A stretch of DNA of 32,000 nucleotides from Erysipelotrichaceae bacterium (GTDB lineage: Bacteria; Bacillota_I; Bacilli_A; Erysipelotrichales; Erysipelotrichaceae): NCBI GenBank assembly GCA_963663995.1, contig OY760660.1, positions 210,001 to 242,000 on the forward strand, read 5' to 3'. The position numbers were made by a program, and so were the translations under genes. Shown piece after piece: positions 7,975 through 15,434 of this stretch. The first letter of the stretch is position 1. Each line of letters starts with the position of its first letter. The notes under the pieces were generated by a model. That model did no database searches. It was not told the DNA's origin and worked only from the letters and a program-made list of their open reading frames with translations.

Positions 7975-9082
7975 TGGTTTGATGTCAGGCACTTCACTTG
8001 ATGGAGTGGACACTGTTCTATGTGAAATAAATGGTATTGATGAAAATACACAGGTGACACAAATCGATTTTTTAACGCTTCCATTTCAAAAAGACTTAAA
8101 AGATAAACTACTCCGTTTATTATCTAATCATCAAACAAATACCAGAGCTTTAAGTAGTCTTAACTTTGAGCTAGGGTATTTTTTTGCACAAGCAGTGAAA
8201 GAAATTCTGAAAAACAACAAGTTAGAAAGTTCAGATGTTTCCTTTATCGCATCACATGGTCAAACGATCTATCATTTACCACATCCTGATGAAGGTGAAT
8301 TTGCATCAACTTTACAATTAGGTGAAGCTGCTGTGATTGCTTATGAATCTAAAATTCAAGTGATATCTAATTTTAGAGTGATGGATATGGCAGCTGGTGG
8401 TCAAGGAGCACCACTCGTTCCTTTTAGTGAACAAATACTTTATGGGCAAACACAACAAAGAACAGTTTGTTTAAATTTAGGGGGTATCGCTAATATCACC
8501 GTATTAGATGATGATTTAATCGCTTTTGATACTGGTCCTGCTAATATGATGATAGATGAAGCTATGCGTATTTTCTTCAATAAAGATTATGATGAAAATG
8601 GAGAAACAGCCGCAAAAGGTCAGATAAATCTTGACTTATTAAATAAATTAAAAGCCCATCCCTATCTATCGATTGCATATCCAAAAAGTACTGGAAGAGA
8701 AATGTTTGGTGCGCAGTATGTGCAGGCATTATTAAATGACTTTACTTTGCTTAAAGCAGAAGATATTATTCGTACCTTTACTTACTTTACAGCGTATTCT
8801 GTAAGTGTTGCGCTAAAGGCTGTCGGTGGTAAGATTGATCGATTAATTGTAGCTGGTGGGGGTGCATATAATCCAATGATTTTAGCTGATTTAAGAAATC
8901 TCTGTGAAGTTGAACTTGTTTGTACACAAGAAGATTGTGGTTATTCATCTGCTTCAAAAGAAGCAATTGCCTTTGTGATTTGTGGAAATCAAAGCTTACA
9001 TCACAAAGCATCAAATGTTCCAAGTGCAACAGGTGCACAAAGAAAGGTTATTTTAGGTAGTATCACAACGATTCCATATTAG
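7964..9082 (+). CDS. anmK: Anhydro-N-acetylmuramic acid kinase
   Basis: MLAIGLMSGTSLDGVD.. is the canonical AnmK N-terminus. The protein is 372 aa with an ASKHA-fold GGGAYN motif near the C-terminus. It starts 2 nt after the upstream stop codon. Confidence 0.88.
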   Translation: MLAIGLMSGTSLDGVDTVLCEINGIDENTQVTQIDFLTLPFQKDLKDKLLRLLSNHQTNTRALSSLNFELGYFFAQAVKEILKNNKLESSDVSFIASHGQTIYHLPHPDEGEFASTLQLGEAAVIAYESKIQVISNFRVMDMAAGGQGAPLVPFSEQILYGQTQQRTVCLNLGGIANITVLDDDLIAFDTGPANMMIDEAMRIFFNKDYDENGETAAKGQINLDLLNKLKAHPYLSIAYPKSTGREMFGAQYVQALLNDFTLLKAEDIIRTFTYFTAYSVSVALKAVGGKIDRLIVAGGGAYNPMILADLRNLCEVELVCTQEDCGYSSASKEAIAFVICGNQSLHHKASNVPSATGAQRKVILGSITTIPY

Positions 9083-9096
9083 AATCGTTGTTTTTT
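9066..9096 (+). terminator. Rho-independent terminator after anmK
   Basis: A 9-bp stem, CAACGATTC (9066-9074) with GAATCGTTG (9082-9090), around a 7-nt loop that contains the TAG stop, followed by TTTTTT. Confidence 0.85.
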
Positions 9097-9103
9097 ATGT
9101 TTG

Positions 9104-9125
9104 TGTATCACAAAAGTGATACAAT
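9104..9125 (+). promoter_or_regulatory. Perfect 8-4-8 palindrome overlapping an extended -10-like element upstream of the FtsX/ATPase/PASTA operon
   Basis: TGTATCAC-AAAA-GTGATACA spans 9104-9123. Its right arm forms TGaTACAAT (9117-9125), which matches the extended -10 pattern TGnTAnAAT. The ATG is at 9160. Confidence 0.35.
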
Positions 9126-9159
9126 TATTGTACGCTTAATTAGTGTAATGGGGAGGCAT

Positions 9160-10566
9160 ATGAATTTTATACATCGAGCATTCTTGAGTATGACACGACG
9201 TTTAGACAAAAGTTTATTGTTGTTTTTAATCGTGTTTATATTAAGTAATGTCATGGCGGGATCAATTGCGATTTCGCAAGCATCAGAAAATGTTGAACAA
9301 ACAATGAAACAACAGTTGGGAGCTAAAGCAACCGTTGAAATTGATTATGAAAAAATCCAAGACTGGACTGAAGAACAATGGCAAGACTTAATCTGGGTTA
9401 GCCCAGAAATGGTTGAAGATATTGGAGCTTTAAGTCAAGTTAAGTATTATGACTATAATATTGAAAATTGGTTAATGGGTAATGATTTAAAAGAATATAA
9501 TCCAAACAATGGTTATGTCCAAGATTATGAAGCTTATTTTAATGTTAAAGGGGTTCATTTCCCTGAAGTACTTGATATTGTGACGGGTGAAGCTGATTTA
9601 GTGGATGGACGAGTTTTTACAGAAGCAGAAATTGCGAATGGTGATCATTTCGCATTAATCTCTGATAAGTTTGCGGAAGTCAATAACTTACATCTAGGGG
9701 ATTTAATGGTCATGTCTCAAAGTTTTTGGAATCAAGATAATGAAGAAATTAGACAAGATTTCATGTTTGAAGTTATTGGTATCTATGCACCTAATGTTGA
9801 TTTAGAAAACAATGATGATAACAATCGTTGGATTGATTACACTGTTTTTAATCGTATCTATACCACTAATGGTGCGGTCCAAGAAGTCAATGATTGGCAA
9901 AATGCGATGTATGCTGAGCTCTATCCTGACATGATGATTAATAATACAGTTTATATTGCACCTGTCTTTGTTTTGAATGATCCAGAAGCTGTTGAGAGTT
10001 TTAAAGTCGATGCCTTAGCGTATCTACCTGAATATTATCGCGTGCGTGCAGATGCTGATGCCTATGAATCAGTGGCTGGCCCTATTAACTTCATTGGTTC
10101 TTTATCAAATATGATTTTATGGGTTGCGATCTTTGCGACAATCTTAATTTTAAGTTTAGTGGTTGTCTTATTCTTACGTGATCGTAAGCATGAGTTTGGT
10201 ATTTACTTGTCTTTAGGTGAAGCGAAATGGAAAGTACTCTCACAAATCGTCACTGAAGTCTTTATCGTTGCTTTCTTAGGCATTACTTTATCAATGTTTT
10301 CAGGAACCATGATTGCTGATCTAACATCCCAAAGCATGATTGATATGGGTGTCGGTATGGAAAATCCTGATGATGGATGGATTGAACCTTATAATTATGG
10401 TTATGGAAATATCTCACAAGATGATGTTATTGCGGCATACGATGTTGAGTTTAATCTTGAGTATGTTCTAGTCCTTTATGGTGTTGGTTTATCAACCGTA
10501 CTTGTATCAACGATCGCACCAATGCTTTATCTTCTTCGACTTAAACCAAAGAAGATCTTAATGTAG
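9160..10566 (+). CDS. FtsX/MacB-type ABC transporter permease with a large extracytoplasmic domain
   Basis: MNFIHRAFLSMTRRLDKSLLLFLIVFIL is a typical N-terminus with TM1. It is followed by a ~270-aa loop with MacB_PCD-like motifs (FALISDKFAEVNNLHLGD, FEVIGIY), then RDRKHEFGIYLSLGE and 3 TM segments. I place the start at the ATG at 9160, which follows GGGGAGG. The 5' extension in the ORF track (9088) runs through the terminator. Confidence 0.85.
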   Translation: MNFIHRAFLSMTRRLDKSLLLFLIVFILSNVMAGSIAISQASENVEQTMKQQLGAKATVEIDYEKIQDWTEEQWQDLIWVSPEMVEDIGALSQVKYYDYNIENWLMGNDLKEYNPNNGYVQDYEAYFNVKGVHFPEVLDIVTGEADLVDGRVFTEAEIANGDHFALISDKFAEVNNLHLGDLMVMSQSFWNQDNEEIRQDFMFEVIGIYAPNVDLENNDDNNRWIDYTVFNRIYTTNGAVQEVNDWQNAMYAELYPDMMINNTVYIAPVFVLNDPEAVESFKVDALAYLPEYYRVRADADAYESVAGPINFIGSLSNMILWVAIFATILILSLVVVLFLRDRKHEFGIYLSLGEAKWKVLSQIVTEVFIVAFLGITLSMFSGTMIADLTSQSMIDMGVGMENPDDGWIEPYNYGYGNISQDDVIAAYDVEFNLEYVLVLYGVGLSTVLVSTIAPMLYLLRLKPKKILM

Positions 10567-10578
10567 GGGGAGAAAAAC

Positions 10579-11253
10579 ATGTCAATTTTAAATATCCAAA
10601 AATTAAACTATCACTATCAAGATGGTGAAAATATTCGAACAATTTTAAAAGATGTAGATGTTGAATTTGAAAAAGGAAAATTCTATACCATTTTAGGTCA
10701 ATCTGGTTCAGGTAAAACGACATTATTATCTTTATTATCAGCACTAGATACACCAAAATCTGGGAAAATTCTTTTTAATGATCAAGATATTGAAACGATA
10801 GGTCACGAACATTATCGTCGTAATGCGATTGCGATTATATTCCAAAGTTATAACTTAGTGCCATATATGAGTGCTTTAGAAAATGTTATGGTTCCAATGT
10901 CTATTACTGAAAACGAAATTCCAAAAGATCGTAAAACGGTTGCTTATCACTTATTGGATTACATTGGAATCACAAAAACAAAAGCTGACCGAATTGTTAA
11001 TAAATTATCCGGTGGTGAACAACAAAGGGTTGCGATTGCGCGTGCTTTAGCATCGAATGTTGATGTCATTCTTGCGGATGAACCAACTGGTAATTTAGAT
11101 GAATCCTTAGAAGATGAAATCATTGAAATCTTTAAGAATTTAGCACATACCCACAATAAATGCATCATTATGGTTACCCATAACAAACATATTGCTGATG
11201 AATCAGATGTATCTTACTTACTGCATAAAGGAGTTTTAAGTATCAATGAGTGA
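10579..11253 (+). CDS. ABC transporter ATP-binding protein (MacB/LolD-like), partner of the upstream permease
   Basis: Walker A GQSGSGKTT, signature LSGGEQQR, Walker B ILADEPT, H-loop VTHN. A GGGGGAG RBS is present. Confidence 0.9.
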   Translation: MSILNIQKLNYHYQDGENIRTILKDVDVEFEKGKFYTILGQSGSGKTTLLSLLSALDTPKSGKILFNDQDIETIGHEHYRRNAIAIIFQSYNLVPYMSALENVMVPMSITENEIPKDRKTVAYHLLDYIGITKTKADRIVNKLSGGEQQRVAIARALASNVDVILADEPTGNLDESLEDEIIEIFKNLAHTHNKCIIMVTHNKHIADESDVSYLLHKGVLSINE

Positions 11254-12595
11254 TTTTTTAAATAAGTTTACCGATGAGAACTATAAAGAGACCATCGATC
11301 AAAAAGGTGAACGTCCTAAAAAGAAGAAAACTTCAAAAAATGTTGAAAGGGAAACAGTTAGCCCACAAAGACATGAATTTGTTGAGGAAAGTTTCAAAGA
11401 TCCAAACTATAAAAGTCAACAACGAACAAAATGGATATTAATTATTGTTTCTGGATTTATTCTTGTTGCATTAAGTGTCTTTGGTTATTTCTGGATGAAT
11501 CGAGTTAAGGTGATTGATTTTGTAAATCAACCTTTGAATGAGCTACAAACCTGGGCCGCACGTAATGATTTAATACTGACCATTGATGAAGTCTATTCAC
11601 TTGAGGTTAATGACAATATTGTTGTTGAAATGCTTCCAGTTGCTGGCAGTACAATCTCAAAAGGGGATGTCATTAATGTTGTAGTTTCAATGGGAGCTGA
11701 TCCTGAAGAAATTCTGGTTGTCCCTGATTTTACTGCTTCTAGTTATATGGATGTGCAAATGTGGATAGATGAAGTTAGAGCTAACAATATGAGAATATCC
11801 TATGAGTATTCTGAAACAATTGGTGCGGACACATTTATCCGTATTAACTTCAGTGATACTAATACGACAAATAGTTCTTATCAACGTAAAGATTACGCTG
11901 TTGTCTATATTTCTCGTGGACCTCAAGTTTATGAAAAAAATATTGAAGTACCAAATTGGGTGAGTGATAAAGCTAGTCTTGCGACTGCACAAGCATGGGC
12001 AAGCTCTAAAGAAGTTGATTTAGTTATTAATTATGTTTATTCAGCTTTAGCGAATGACACAATTGTATCTCAATCAGTTCCTGCCAAAGAAATGGTCTCG
12101 AAAAATGATTCAATTACGATATCAGTTTCAAAAGGTTTATCAGTCAATGTGCCTGACTTTAAAGATAAAAACATGACTGATGCTGCCTCGATGATTGCTG
12201 AATTAAATCTACTTGAAAACGTCAGTGTTGATTTGATTGAAATGTACAATAACACCAATGCTTATGGGTCATATATTTGGCAAGATAAAGATGCAGGTGT
12301 TCGCATTGATGCATCGATTACTAAACCCTTTGAAATGAGAGTTTATTATTCATTAGGTAAACCATTTATTGAAACAAAAGTGGGTTCACTCGAATCCGTA
12401 TTGACTTCTTATTTCTATAACCTAAATCTAAATTCTGCTGAATTAACTTATTCAGTTGCTTATAAAAACTGTACATCAGTTACAGATCCTGTTAAAGGTC
12501 AAATCTGTTATCAATCAAAATACAATGAGTATGTAAATACAGGCACGCATATTGATTTGATTGTTCATGATCCAAATAGTAGTACAACTTACTAA
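11246..12595 (+). CDS. Single-pass membrane protein with about five extracellular PASTA-like repeats and no kinase or transpeptidase domain
   Basis: A ~60-aa Lys-rich cytoplasmic N-terminus is followed by a TM segment (WILIIVSGFILVALSVFGYFWM). Repeats of about 65 aa then follow, with the PASTA pattern (V-[PI]DF-x..L..A/W....L........xxVxxQxPxAGxxxxKGDxIxxxVSxG). Examples are KVIDFVNQPL..VAGSTISKGDVINVVVSMG and VPNWVSDKASL..SKNDSITISVSKG. The start overlaps the ATPase stop by 8 nt. Confidence 0.7.
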   Translation: MSDFLNKFTDENYKETIDQKGERPKKKKTSKNVERETVSPQRHEFVEESFKDPNYKSQQRTKWILIIVSGFILVALSVFGYFWMNRVKVIDFVNQPLNELQTWAARNDLILTIDEVYSLEVNDNIVVEMLPVAGSTISKGDVINVVVSMGADPEEILVVPDFTASSYMDVQMWIDEVRANNMRISYEYSETIGADTFIRINFSDTNTTNSSYQRKDYAVVYISRGPQVYEKNIEVPNWVSDKASLATAQAWASSKEVDLVINYVYSALANDTIVSQSVPAKEMVSKNDSITISVSKGLSVNVPDFKDKNMTDAASMIAELNLLENVSVDLIEMYNNTNAYGSYIWQDKDAGVRIDASITKPFEMRVYYSLGKPFIETKVGSLESVLTSYFYNLNLNSAELTYSVAYKNCTSVTDPVKGQICYQSKYNEYVNTGTHIDLIVHDPNSSTTY

Positions 12596-12598
12596 AAA

Positions 12599-12622
12599 AC
12601 TGCACGATTGCAGTTTTTTTTT
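12599..12622. terminator. Bidirectional rho-independent terminator between the convergent PASTA gene and proA
   Basis: ACTGCA-CGAT-TGCAGT hairpin (12599-12614), flanked by an A-run upstream and a T-run of 9 downstream. Confidence 0.8.
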
Positions 12623-13862
12623 AGCGTATTTGACCAGTACCTTCAATCAAATATTTATAGGTACATAATTCGTTTAATCCCATTGGTCCACGGGCATGTA
12701 GTTTTTGTGTAGAAATACCAATTTCAGCCCCAAATCCCATTTCTGATCCATCCGTGAATCTGGTGGAGGCATTAACATAGACAGCAGCTGCATCAATTTC
12801 TTTTTGAAAACGTTTCGCTAAATCTGTGTTTTTAGAAATAATGGCTTCTGAATGTTTGGTCGAGAACTTTTGAATATGTTGAATGGCTTCATCAAAATTC
12901 TCAGTGATTTTAATGGCGAGGATTAAATCGAGGTATTCTGTTTCCCAGTCTTCATCAGTTGTTGGGATTAAATTTGGGAATAGTTTTAATGTTTTTTCAT
13001 CCGCTCTGAGTTCCACTCCATTCTTTTCTAAGTCAGGAATAACTTGTTCTAGAAATACTTTGGCAATGGATGCATCAACTAAGACTTTCTCAGCTGCATT
13101 ACAAACACCTGGTCGTGAACATTTAGCGTTGATTAAGATATTTTTAGCCATCTCTAAATCAGCTTCTTCTTGAACATAGATATGGCAATTACCAACCCCT
13201 GTTTCAAGCACAGGAATCTTAGCGTTATCTACTACTGTTTGAATCAATCTACCACTTCCACGAGGGATCAAGACATCAACATGTTGGCGATCTTGCATCA
13301 ATTCTGTTGCTAAACTACGATCAGGGTTATCAATAAACTGTACAGCATTCTCATCTAAATGACATTTATTAAGAGAGTCATGAAGAATATCGATTAATGC
13401 TTGATTAGAATGGATAGCTTCTTTACCACCTCTTAAAACAACTGTATTGCCAGCTTTTAAGCATAAACTAGCGGCATCAATGGTTACATTAGGACGTGAT
13501 TCATAAATAATCGCAATTACCCCAATAGGGACTTGAACTTTTTTCATAACTAATCCATTAGGACGAGTGAACTCATCAAGGATTAATCCATTTGGATCAG
13601 TTAGATCAATCAGTTCTTCGCAGGCAAGTGCCATTGCTTCAACTCGTTTTTCGTTTAATTTTAAACGATCTAACAAACTATCTGCGATATGACCTTTCGC
13701 AGCTTCGATATCAATATCATTGGCTTTAAGGATAATATCTACTTTATTTCGTAAGTTATTTGCTAAATGTTGTAGGAAGGAATTTTTTTCTTCACTTGAG
13801 AGTAAGGCAAACGATTTTGCGGCACTCTGGGCTTTACTTGTTTTATCTGTTATATAACTCAT
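12621..13862 (-). CDS. proA: Glutamate-5-semialdehyde dehydrogenase (gamma-glutamyl phosphate reductase)
   Basis: A 413-aa protein of the aldehyde dehydrogenase superfamily with ProA-typical motifs (IYESRPNVT, GVCNAAE with the catalytic Cys, ASTRFTDG). Its start overlaps the proB stop (ATGA). Confidence 0.93.
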   Translation of the reverse strand: MSYITDKTSKAQSAAKSFALLSSEEKNSFLQHLANNLRNKVDIILKANDIDIEAAKGHIADSLLDRLKLNEKRVEAMALACEELIDLTDPNGLILDEFTRPNGLVMKKVQVPIGVIAIIYESRPNVTIDAASLCLKAGNTVVLRGGKEAIHSNQALIDILHDSLNKCHLDENAVQFIDNPDRSLATELMQDRQHVDVLIPRGSGRLIQTVVDNAKIPVLETGVGNCHIYVQEEADLEMAKNILINAKCSRPGVCNAAEKVLVDASIAKVFLEQVIPDLEKNGVELRADEKTLKLFPNLIPTTDEDWETEYLDLILAIKITENFDEAIQHIQKFSTKHSEAIISKNTDLAKRFQKEIDAAAVYVNASTRFTDGSEMGFGAEIGISTQKLHARGPMGLNELCTYKYLIEGTGQIR

Positions 13863-14662
13863 TTTTTATGTCCTTTAAAATAGGTGCCAATATTTTCTCC
13901 AGCAAAGATTTGATAGAGAACTTTTGGATCTTCTCCTTGGGCGATCATCATATCGATGCCCTCGCTCATAACGATTTTAGCAGCTTCAAGTTTTGTACTC
14001 ATACCACCTGTTCCTAAGCTTGATGAAGCTCCTTTGCCATAAAGCATCATTTCGTCATTTATAGTTTCAACAAGTTCAATTAATTTGGCTTGTGGATTTT
14101 TCTTTGGATTATCGGTATAGAAACCATCAATATCAGAAAGTAATATTAATAGATCGGCTTGAATCGTTTTCGCAACTAAAGCTGACAAATGATCATTTTC
14201 CATCGATTTAGAACCTTCTAACTCTTCTGTCGCGATGGGGTCATTGGCATTAACAATCGGAATGACACCTTCTTTCAGTAAAGTATCAAAGGTATTTTGA
14301 ACATTCTTTTTTAGGATGGTTGAATTAAAGACATCGGCATTTAAGAGTATTTGCGCAACAACATGACCATATTCACCAAAAAGTTTTGAGTAAATATGCA
14401 TCAGTTCAGATTGGCCTACCGCAGCCGCTACTTGTTTACCTTGAACACTGCGTGGTCTTTCTTCCCAGTTAAGCTTAGCAGCACCCACGCCGATAGCACC
14501 TGATGATACCACTACGACTTCTTTACCATCGTTAACTAGATCGGATAAGACAAGGGCTAATTTATCCATGCGTTCAAAATGGGTTCGGCCATTGGGATGC
14601 GTTAAAGTTGTCGTGCCTACTTTTACGACAATACGTTTTGCATTTTTGAGGGTTCTACGCAT
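13859..14662 (-). CDS. proB: Glutamate 5-kinase (short form without a PUA domain)
   Basis: VVKVGTTTLT..., VVVSSGAIGVG and the amino-acid kinase fold motif GGMSTKLEAAK are present. The protein is 267 aa with a GGAG RBS. Confidence 0.92.
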   Translation of the reverse strand: MRRTLKNAKRIVVKVGTTTLTHPNGRTHFERMDKLALVLSDLVNDGKEVVVVSSGAIGVGAAKLNWEERPRSVQGKQVAAAVGQSELMHIYSKLFGEYGHVVAQILLNADVFNSTILKKNVQNTFDTLLKEGVIPIVNANDPIATEELEGSKSMENDHLSALVAKTIQADLLILLSDIDGFYTDNPKKNPQAKLIELVETINDEMMLYGKGASSSLGTGGMSTKLEAAKIVMSEGIDMMIAQGEDPKVLYQIFAGENIGTYFKGHKK

Positions 14663-14696
14663 ATCAAAATCTCCTTATTTTAGTAGTAATTATAAC

Positions 14697-15368
14697 TTAT
14701 AAAATGCTATCTACAAAGAATTTAAATAAAGCTCTTGTGCTTTCAATACTTGTCATTCGTTCAGGATGCCATTGGACAGCTAAGATATTTTGAGCTTCGA
14801 TCGCTTCGATGATGCCATCTTCACTTTGCGCAACTATATTTAAAGAAGTGGCTAATTTATCAATCGCTTGGTGATGATAAGAATTCACTTCAGTGCTTGC
14901 CCCAAAGATTTCATGAAGACTTGAGCCTTTCTCAAAATGAACCATATGAGCTTTCAAACGATTTGTATCTGAAGATATCGAATGATTAGGGATATCTTGT
15001 TTTAGACTTCCACCTAAGGCAACATTGATGATTTGAAGACCTCGACAGATACCCAATATTGGCATCTTTAGTTTCATCGCAATTTCAATGGAATTAATAT
15101 CCATTTGATCAACTTCATAGGGTTCACAATCTGAGTCAGTATTATCTTGATTGTAAAAGTATGGATCAACATCTTTTCCACCGGGAATGACTAAAGCATG
15201 ACAGTCTTTCAAAGTAAGTTCTAAACTTTCATAATCCTGTGGATAGACAAGTATGATCTGTGCATCTGTTTCATTAAAGGCATTAATGTAATCTTGATTA
15301 ATAAAGAATTGATCATGGATATGACCATTACTTGTAGCACGCATTAAGAGGGCAAGTTTTACACGCAT
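14697..15368 (-). CDS. Class I glutamine amidotransferase-like / gamma-glutamyl hydrolase (peptidase C26, PuuD-like)
   Basis: The nucleophile elbow ILGICRGLQ, HHQAI and the WHPE histidine motif are present. A GAAGGAG RBS lies on the minus strand at 15376-15382. The gene is first in an apparent three-gene operon with proBA, with only a 34-bp gap to proB. Confidence 0.8.
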   Translation of the reverse strand: MRVKLALLMRATSNGHIHDQFFINQDYINAFNETDAQIILVYPQDYESLELTLKDCHALVIPGGKDVDPYFYNQDNTDSDCEPYEVDQMDINSIEIAMKLKMPILGICRGLQIINVALGGSLKQDIPNHSISSDTNRLKAHMVHFEKGSSLHEIFGASTEVNSYHHQAIDKLATSLNIVAQSEDGIIEAIEAQNILAVQWHPERMTSIESTRALFKFFVDSIL

Positions 15369-15422
15369 ATGACTTCTCCTTCAAAGATATCTTTTAATGT
15401 CAGTTTATCATGTTTATCCATG

Positions 15423-15428
15423 TATAAT
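15423..15428 (+). promoter_or_regulatory. -10 box positioned for a leaderless transcript of the Cof-type HAD gene
   Basis: TATAAT (15423-15428) is preceded by TG, and the A of the ATG (15435) lies 7 nt after the hexamer. There is no SD in between and the -35 is weak. Confidence 0.35.
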
Positions 15429-15434
15429 AATCTC

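Noticed and set aside
11246-12595. The PASTA-repeat protein considered as a PrkC/StkP-type Ser/Thr kinase or a class B PBP.
   Set aside because: The cytoplasmic N-terminus is only about 60 aa and contains no kinase motifs such as a glycine loop, HRD or DFG. There is no SxxK/SxN/KTG transpeptidase module. It is a stand-alone PASTA protein.
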